This document shows positions 28,927 through 36,900 of a stretch of DNA of 51,842 bases, piece after piece; within the stretch, counting starts at the first letter, position 1, and each line of letters opens with the position of its first letter. Where the stretch lies: IMG/VR virus record IMGVR_UViG_3300012953_000044, positions 1-51,842 of that record; one strand, written 5' to 3'. The position numbers and the translations under genes were made by a program. The notes under the pieces are model-generated. The model saw only the letters and a list, made by a program, of their open reading frames with translations. It did not search any database and was not told the origin of the DNA. The DNA is from a virus. Taxonomy: Duplodnaviria > Caudoviricetes.

Positions 28927-30963
28927 ATGGCAATGGTAGATCCAACGAAGGCGAAAAGAAATATAGATTTCGAAACGTATGTCGAGCCTAAAGGAGAAAG
29001 AATAAATTGGTTTGAACAGGCTAAAACTATTAGCGATGCCTTTACTGATGTGGCAACAAGTCGTCAAAAAAGGAAAGACGCGATAGATGATAATACTAAA
29101 CAAACCATAGATGATTTAAATGCATTAGAGGCTTATGATAATCAAACGTTGATGAACATGACGATTGATGGAACTAACAATGCAGCCAACGTAATTTATG
29201 AAGCAGAGCAAGCTATGAAGCGAGGAGAACTTAGACCATCAGAGTTTGCAAAATTAAAACAAAACATTAGCGCGGGATTTACTCAGTTTGAAAAGAATGC
29301 GAAAGCATGGGAGGCAGACTTTAAAAGATATACACAAAGAATGCAAGGCGTTGATGGTGTTCAATCAAGTTCTTTAGAACAATACTTAGGGGAGAGAATG
29401 GAGTCTTTTGGTAATTTAAAGAACTTACAATTAGTTACTAATCCTGATACAGGTAATTTAGCCTTTGGAAGAATCGACCCTGAAACAGGTGAGCTTTTAA
29501 CTGGACCAGATGACTTGATTAGCATCAATAGAATGAGTGCTATATTAAAACAAGAGATTGATAAGGTTGATGTAAATACAAAAGTAAAAGATGTTGTTAC
29601 CTCGTTAGGGGAATATATTGCAGCAGGAAATGCTACTTCAATGGGTAAAGATGGTAGCGTAAGATCTATAGTTACTATAGAAGATTTCATGCAAACTGAA
29701 GACGCTGAAAAAACTATACTTGACAAAGCTAAAACAATTGCTTATAATTCATTTACAACAGGAAGTGTTTTGACAGATAATGGTATTAGCAATGTTCATG
29801 GAGAAAATTATAAGCCAGGTAGTCAAGAGGAGTTTGATCAATGGATAGCAGAGAATCCAGATAAAGACCCTATGGATAATCCAATTATTGTAATGGGTTA
29901 CAAGAAAAATGGAGTGATAGTAGAACCAGCTATTACTGAGCGTCAACAAACAGCCGCTGAAGAATACTTAGTTAGACAAATAAAAGGAGCTTTAGATTAT
30001 AAAGAAACACAGAAAGAATTCCCTCCACAAAGAAAAACTGAGACTGACTATAGAAGAGCGGATAAAAGAAATGAAGCGTTTAGTTATGTGGATCAGGCTC
30101 AAAAAATATCTACAGGTACTCAGCAAGAGTTTAATGAAGGGGTTACTACTTTATCCGAGTCATATAATAACTCTCCTAAAGGACAAAAGAATCCATTAGC
30201 TGAAAATCCAGTGGATAGAAATTCTGATCCAAACTTTATATTAATTACTTATGAAAGTGGAGAGGTGAAAAAAATTCCTCGTTATGAATTAGATAGCAAT
30301 GGAGATGCTGTGATTGATGAGAATGGAAAGAAAATACCAAGAGATCAACAACAACAAAATGCTGAGATCTTAGCTTATATGTCCCCAGTGGAAGGATCAA
30401 CTGACCAAATATATAAAGAGTACAATCGTAATAACCCAGATGGCCTAAAAGATTATGGAGGAAGCGAAGAGACAGTAGAGTACTTAGGTGTAGGAGATAA
30501 GGTGATAGAGGATACTGATTTAAGTAAAGAATTAGTAATGGTGGATGGGTCCCCAGTGGGAGTAGGAGATAGATTCTTAGAAATATCTCAACAAGATGTA
30601 GATGACGAAGAACAATTAGCTCAGTACTCAACGGTTGTAAACTCAGTATTAGGATCTCAAATTGGAGAGCTAACAAAAAACTTCCAGGTTGAACCTAACG
30701 ATATATTAACAAGACCAGATAATATAAATGAGATAAAAGTTACTATTGAAGAAACTCCATATACTATTAGATTTAACACTAATAAAGATTCAGCTAAACT
30801 ACAATCTGAATTACAAAGAATCATAAACGCGTACAAAGAAAAGGTTAGAAAGGGACGAAAGAAAAAAACTACTAAGAAGAAAAAGAAATTAGGTAAGATT
30901 GAATGGATGAAGGCTAATCCAGGTAAGACAAGCGCAGATTACTTAGCATATTTTAATAGTTAA
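28927..30963 (+). CDS. Putative internal virion (ejection) protein
   Basis: 678 aa, helical/charged, second of three size-ascending genes after the tail module; basic C-terminus. Confidence 0.55.
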   Translation: MAMVDPTKAKRNIDFETYVEPKGERINWFEQAKTISDAFTDVATSRQKRKDAIDDNTKQTIDDLNALEAYDNQTLMNMTIDGTNNAANVIYEAEQAMKRGELRPSEFAKLKQNISAGFTQFEKNAKAWEADFKRYTQRMQGVDGVQSSSLEQYLGERMESFGNLKNLQLVTNPDTGNLAFGRIDPETGELLTGPDDLISINRMSAILKQEIDKVDVNTKVKDVVTSLGEYIAAGNATSMGKDGSVRSIVTIEDFMQTEDAEKTILDKAKTIAYNSFTTGSVLTDNGISNVHGENYKPGSQEEFDQWIAENPDKDPMDNPIIVMGYKKNGVIVEPAITERQQTAAEEYLVRQIKGALDYKETQKEFPPQRKTETDYRRADKRNEAFSYVDQAQKISTGTQQEFNEGVTTLSESYNNSPKGQKNPLAENPVDRNSDPNFILITYESGEVKKIPRYELDSNGDAVIDENGKKIPRDQQQQNAEILAYMSPVEGSTDQIYKEYNRNNPDGLKDYGGSEETVEYLGVGDKVIEDTDLSKELVMVDGSPVGVGDRFLEISQQDVDDEEQLAQYSTVVNSVLGSQIGELTKNFQVEPNDILTRPDNINEIKVTIEETPYTIRFNTNKDSAKLQSELQRIINAYKEKVRKGRKKKTTKKKKKLGKIEWMKANPGKTSADYLAYFNS

Positions 30964-30965
30964 GA

Positions 30966-33900
30966 ATGGAAAAATTAGAAGAATTATATTCATTAATTCC
31001 TGAAGGGATGTACTCTTCACTCGAGGAGTTCCAATTAGATTTAGAACAAGAAGGATTAGAGTCTATATTTGAACTTATACCTGAGGGTATGTATACCGAT
31101 CTTGAAGAATTTACAAATGACTTTGTTGAGGTAAAAAAAAAAGACGAATCACAACCTACTGGGGAAGAGGAAGTTACGGAATCCGATATCGATATTCAAA
31201 CGGAAATTCCTGGCTTATCGGATGCTTCTCTTCCGGAAGATCCTAATATACCCCAAGACCCTTCTATAGAAGTAGATCAACCATCTCAATTTGCAAGTGA
31301 GTCTCCAGAAGGAGAAGAAGAGATTGTTACAGAACAAGTCCAGTATGACCCTATGGAAAGAGGGGTAGACGCTACCGTTACTTATGATGTAGATGCGACA
31401 CCATTTGAAAGATCCTTATCTTATATAACTGGTGACTTAATTGAAAGAGAAGAAGAAGAAGTGGTTTCTAAAATGAAATACCATTTTACTGATTATGGTT
31501 TTGAGTTTGAAGAAACCGGAATAGGTGACAAAATGATTGTTACAGCTGACAATGGAAAAGTATTAGAAGTAAATTTAGATCCAAACTTTGGATTAAGAAG
31601 TGAAGAAATATCCTTAGAACTTAAAGAATTTTTAGAAAAAAATAAAGTAGTTAATCCTGATATAGATTTATTAATGGAAGATTACGATGAAAGTCGTAAA
31701 AAGTATTTTTCTACCGAAGCTATGCAGGCAGATATAAAAGATATACACACTCAAGCGAGTACTCTCACTAAAAGATACAAACAATTTCTTTCTAATTCTA
31801 ACGATAATCAAGCACAAATAGATGCGTTAATGGAACTTCCGCAGTTAAGTGATGAGCAGGTTGTGTTATATAATGAATTAATAGATAATAAGAAAAATCT
31901 ATTACTAACTAAAAGTAATTTACAAAAAGAATTTAAAGAATTTAAAACATATGAATCTCAAATTAGTGCGGCTGTAGGGGATTATGTAGCTATGAAACAA
32001 GATATAGGTAATGAGTTTGGTACATTAGTAAAAGGAATGTATAATGCTTTTGCAACTCAAGCGGTACCTAAAATGGTAGCGTCAGCCTGGGGCTTGGGGG
32101 TGGATGGTTTTTACGCGATTGCTCAAGCAATTGATGAGGATTATGGAATGGATGAGGAAGAGAAAAAAGAAAGATATATAGAGGTAGCTAAAGATTTAGG
32201 ATATGAAGTGCCGGAGAATATAAATGAAGAAGGTGTTTTTGAATCTTGGTTTGATCAAATGATGAACACAACATTTGCGGGAGAAGCAGAAACTATAGTA
32301 GATATTTTTCCAGGAGAGATTAAAGAACAATTGATTGCTGAAAATTACGACCCCACTAAAGTTAAAAGAACCAATAGAAGCTTTGAAATATGGAAAGAAG
32401 ATGGGGGATTATTAGGCACTGGAGGTTACGAAGATGTTCCGGTTTACGCTAAAGATATAAGTAGAGGAGCGCGATTAAAACGTTTAGTGTTAGATAGAGA
32501 AGTTAAAGAAAACAAACAACCTCAAAAGGCGGCAATTAGATCAGCTTTAGAGTGGGCAGCAGCAGAAGGGGTGTCTGATGAAAAGGTAGAGGAGATGATG
32601 CAAAAGAGCTGGATATATGAAGGTATGTTCGGTTTAGCAGAATCAGGACCCGCTATCCTGTTAGGGTTATTAGGCCCAGGGAAACCAAAAGCTATAAAGA
32701 AAGGAGCGGGCCTATTAAAAAATACAGGTACTCGATTTAAGAATTATCTACAAAGCCCAGGAGCTATGGCTCAAACCATGGGGTTTAGTTTGTTACAAAC
32801 TGATCATTTAATGGAGGAGATGGCAAATGATCCTGATTTTAAAAATGTAACTGAGACCGAAAAGAAAGCTATAATTTTTCCTTTAGCCATCACTACAGCA
32901 GTATTAGAAAGATATGGTCTTAGAAACATAGCAAGAAATAAAACTATCACTACAGGATTAATGAATCAAGTAACTCGAATGTTACCTAAAGGAGCAACCC
33001 CTAAACTCTTTAAAGAAACTTTAGAGAAAGTAGTATCTAACAATGTAGCACGTGGTATTTATAGGGTGGGAGGAGCTGCATTAGCTGAAGCGGAAACAGG
33101 TGGTCTGCAGCAGGTAGCGGAGATAGGACTTAAAAACGTATGGAATAACATGTATGAAAAAGACATGTTTAACACCCCTGAAATGTGGTCTGAAGAGTTT
33201 GGGGATCAAGTAGTTAGAGCAGCTTTAGCTGAATCTGTAGGAGGATTTGTGTTAGGGTTACCGGGAGGATTAAGCGCAGCATTTAGTAAAGGGGAGATTG
33301 ATGGAGTTCCGGATGAGATGGTTCAGCTTTTTAATACTATCCGTACGGATGAGGTAACTACTGAAGCGTTTAGATCTCAGTTAGATATTAAGGTAGCGAA
33401 TAAAGAAATAACTAAAGAAGAAGCTGCGCAGCAATTAATGAATTTTGAAATTTTATCTGGAGCGGCTCAAACTATTGAAAAGGGAGCGGTATTAAACGAA
33501 GATCAAACTAAAAAAGCTTTAGGGTTAGTTTTCTTAAAACAAAAAATAGAAAACGAGATGGAGGGTATGGACCCTGATCTGGGAACTTATAAAGCAAAAC
33601 AAGAGACGGTGGCTAAGATAAAAGATAAGTTATCTAAGATAGGTACCGATAAAGAAGAGTCAGCTAATTTAAAAGAAGAAACAACTAAAACACAAGACGA
33701 TGCCATTCAAGAGCCAAGCACAGAGACGGTGGATGTACAAGTACAAGCCGAAGATGGCAGAACTATGGGAGATGGAGACACCGAGACGAATATTACCAGA
33801 GAGGGTCAACAAGAAGAACAAACCCCTGTTGGGCAGGAGACGCAGGAGGAAGTAACGATTGAAGAACGATCCGAACAAATAGGTAAATTAATTGAGCAAG

Positions 33901-36900
33901 AAAAAGAAGATTCTCAAACCGAACCTCAACCTATTCCTCGTGAACAATTAGAGGTGGTAGATGAGGTAATATCTATTAATAAAGCCCAACAAGAGGTAAC
34001 AGAAGAAAACCCTTTTAAACAAGGAGTAATAGAGAGAGTAGGTAAAGCAGCCAAAGCTTTAAAGAAAGTCATTCCTAATCTAAAAATTATTATGCATGAG
34101 AGTGCAACTGATTTTAATAAAGCATCAGGTAGAACAGGAAGAGGAGCGTTAGTAGATGGGGTGGTGCATATTAATTTAGAAAAAGCAACCAACTCTACAG
34201 TAGCTCATGAGGCTTTTCATATTGTCTTGCTTAGTAAGTTAGGTACAGATTCCGAAGCTCAAAGAGTTACTAAAAGAATGATGGAATCTATTGCTAAAGC
34301 ACTACCTAAGAATGATCCATTGTTAAAACAAATCAATGAGTTTACACAAGGGTATGAGGCGAATATTCAAAACGAAGAAAAGTTAGCAGAAATACTCGGT
34401 CAGCTATCTGCTAATTATAAAACATTATCAGCGCCGCAGAAGAGTGTTATTGGTAAATGGATTGATAGAATAATGAAAGGATTAGGAATAAATGTATCTG
34501 AGTTTACTCAGTCTGATCAAGATGTTATTGATTTACTTAACACATTAGCATCCAAAGTAACCGCAGGAGTTGAGGTTGAAGAAGGAGATATAAAAGTTAT
34601 AGAAGAGATTAGAGAAGAAACAGGAACGGAGCCTGTTGGTAATCCTACTAACATTAATAAACCTAAATCCAGAGACCAAAAAGAAATAAACTTTAAAAAG
34701 TCTTATGACATGTCTTTGGTTACTCCGGAAAACAAAATAGATTTGTTAGGATTGGTAGATGAGATTGTAGCTAAGAATCAAAAGGTATGGTTCTGGGTAG
34801 CGGACCAGTTAGGTAAAGGAGAATTTAACGGTATTGAAATGGATGCGGGTCCAAGCTATGCGTTAGATCCTACAAATTTAGCTGCTAATATTATATGGGC
34901 AAGTGGTATGAAGCCTAAAGCTATGGCTAACAATGTAGAAAAAGCCGACTATATATTTATTATTAGTGGTTCACCACAAGCCAGTAAACTATTTAACAAA
35001 AAAGTATTTGATGCTTTTGTAAATAAATTAGGAGACTATGCTGCATTTAAAAAATCAGCATTAGCTACTAATCCGGTAAAAGCCGTAAGAGATATATTAG
35101 AAAAGCATGATAGCTGGCCTTCTATCAGGAGAGATGGTAACGGTAGGAAAGGATTACTTAAAGCAATTGTTGCTCAAGAATCTACTCCTAATACTGAATT
35201 CCATAAGCTTGTTAAATCTAAAGATGGTTTTATAAACTTAGATGAATTAAGAGATGGGTTTTACAGAGATAATAACTTTGAGCAAAATGATGTAATGTTG
35301 GTGTTGAAACCAACTGAAGTTGGTGGAAAGTCAAAGCACTCAACTTATGAGACTGATATATTGGGAGAGGTAGTAGGTGTTCCTAATATTAAGTTGGATG
35401 CTTTTGAGATTATGCCTGAAAGTGTTAAAGCTAAATATGAAGGAAAAGAAATGGGTAGGGTGCTGAAAACCCAGGTGGTAGCTCCTTATGGAACAGGAGT
35501 TAAAAAAATTGCTAAACCTGCTAAGAAAAAACCTGCAATTCGTGAGCAGAAAGAATCTAAGCCTACCGTAGAAAAGTTAGCTAACTTTTATGCTATGGAT
35601 AATAAAGGTTTTATTAAGCCTGGGAATGTTTATGACTTAGATGCATTAAGACAATTTGCTTCTCGAGTAGGTTATAAAGTAAAAAGACATCGTGGTGATA
35701 GTGGTGCTACCACAATGTATTCTTTACGTGATGCTAATGATAGACAATTTGTTCCTGTAAAAGGAACTGCACGAACGCGTTTCCAAAAAATTATGGATAA
35801 GTTTGATAGTCCGATGGAGATTATTAAGTTAGCAAGACAAGCTGGTTTTGAGGATACAGAGATAAGTTACTTCTTGCGTAATGAAAAGAAATTAAAAGTT
35901 AAAGAAATAAAAGATCTTCTTAAAGTAGATGTAGATATGTTTGAATCCATGCCTGCTGTATTTGGAAATATCCCAGGTGGTATGGTGGTAGGACGTAAGT
36001 TATATGAAGCTACAATAAAAAAGTTTGAGTCTTTATTACAGAAAAATTCTAAACTTACAAAGGGTAAGCAACGAAATATATCAGATATTATTCAGGAGTC
36101 TATTGAATATATGATGGAGCAAACTCCATATAAGAATGCTACCGAAGGAGTTAAGTCTAAAACATTACCATCTACATTACAACAGCAGCTTCAAATAGAA
36201 ATGCAAGAAGCATTAGGAGGAAGTGCTGTTAAAGATATTAGCAAAACTATTTCCAATCTTAAAAAGATTGTAAGTGAAAAGAAAAGAGGAGCTCGAGAAA
36301 TAAGAGATGTAAAAAGACAATTACAAAGAGCTATTAGAGAAGTAATGCCTAAAGGAGTTTATACCTCTACAGAGGTGAGAAAACTTTTAAGAACTATTCA
36401 AGAGGCTGAACCTAAATGGTTGAAAGGAAATTTAAAAAATCTTGTTCAACAGATAGAAAAAATGGCAGCAGAAAAAAATGTAGATATTTTAAATAAAGCA
36501 ATTGATAAAATATTAAAGCAAAAGTTTGAAGCTGTAGTCTCAGGTATTAAGAAAGGAGTTAAGGTAGATAGTAAGACAGCTAAAATTATTAAAGCAATAG
36601 AGGATAAACTTTATAAGTCCGCTGAAATAAAAGACAATATTGAAAAAGAACAAACAGAGATCTTAGCTAAGATTAATGAGATAAATTTTAAAACTGTTTT
36701 AACGGAGGAGGACCAAACTAATTTATTGATTTTAAACACTGCTTTGGCTATTAATAATTCTAAGTTGATGGAAGATAATAACCCTCGTAAAGCAGATCAA
36801 TTAGCTGAAGTATATAATAATTTAAAAGCCCTCATCTTACAAGGAAGAAATAACTACAAAGAAGCGGCTGCCGAACGATCTAAAAGATATGCTGATAATA

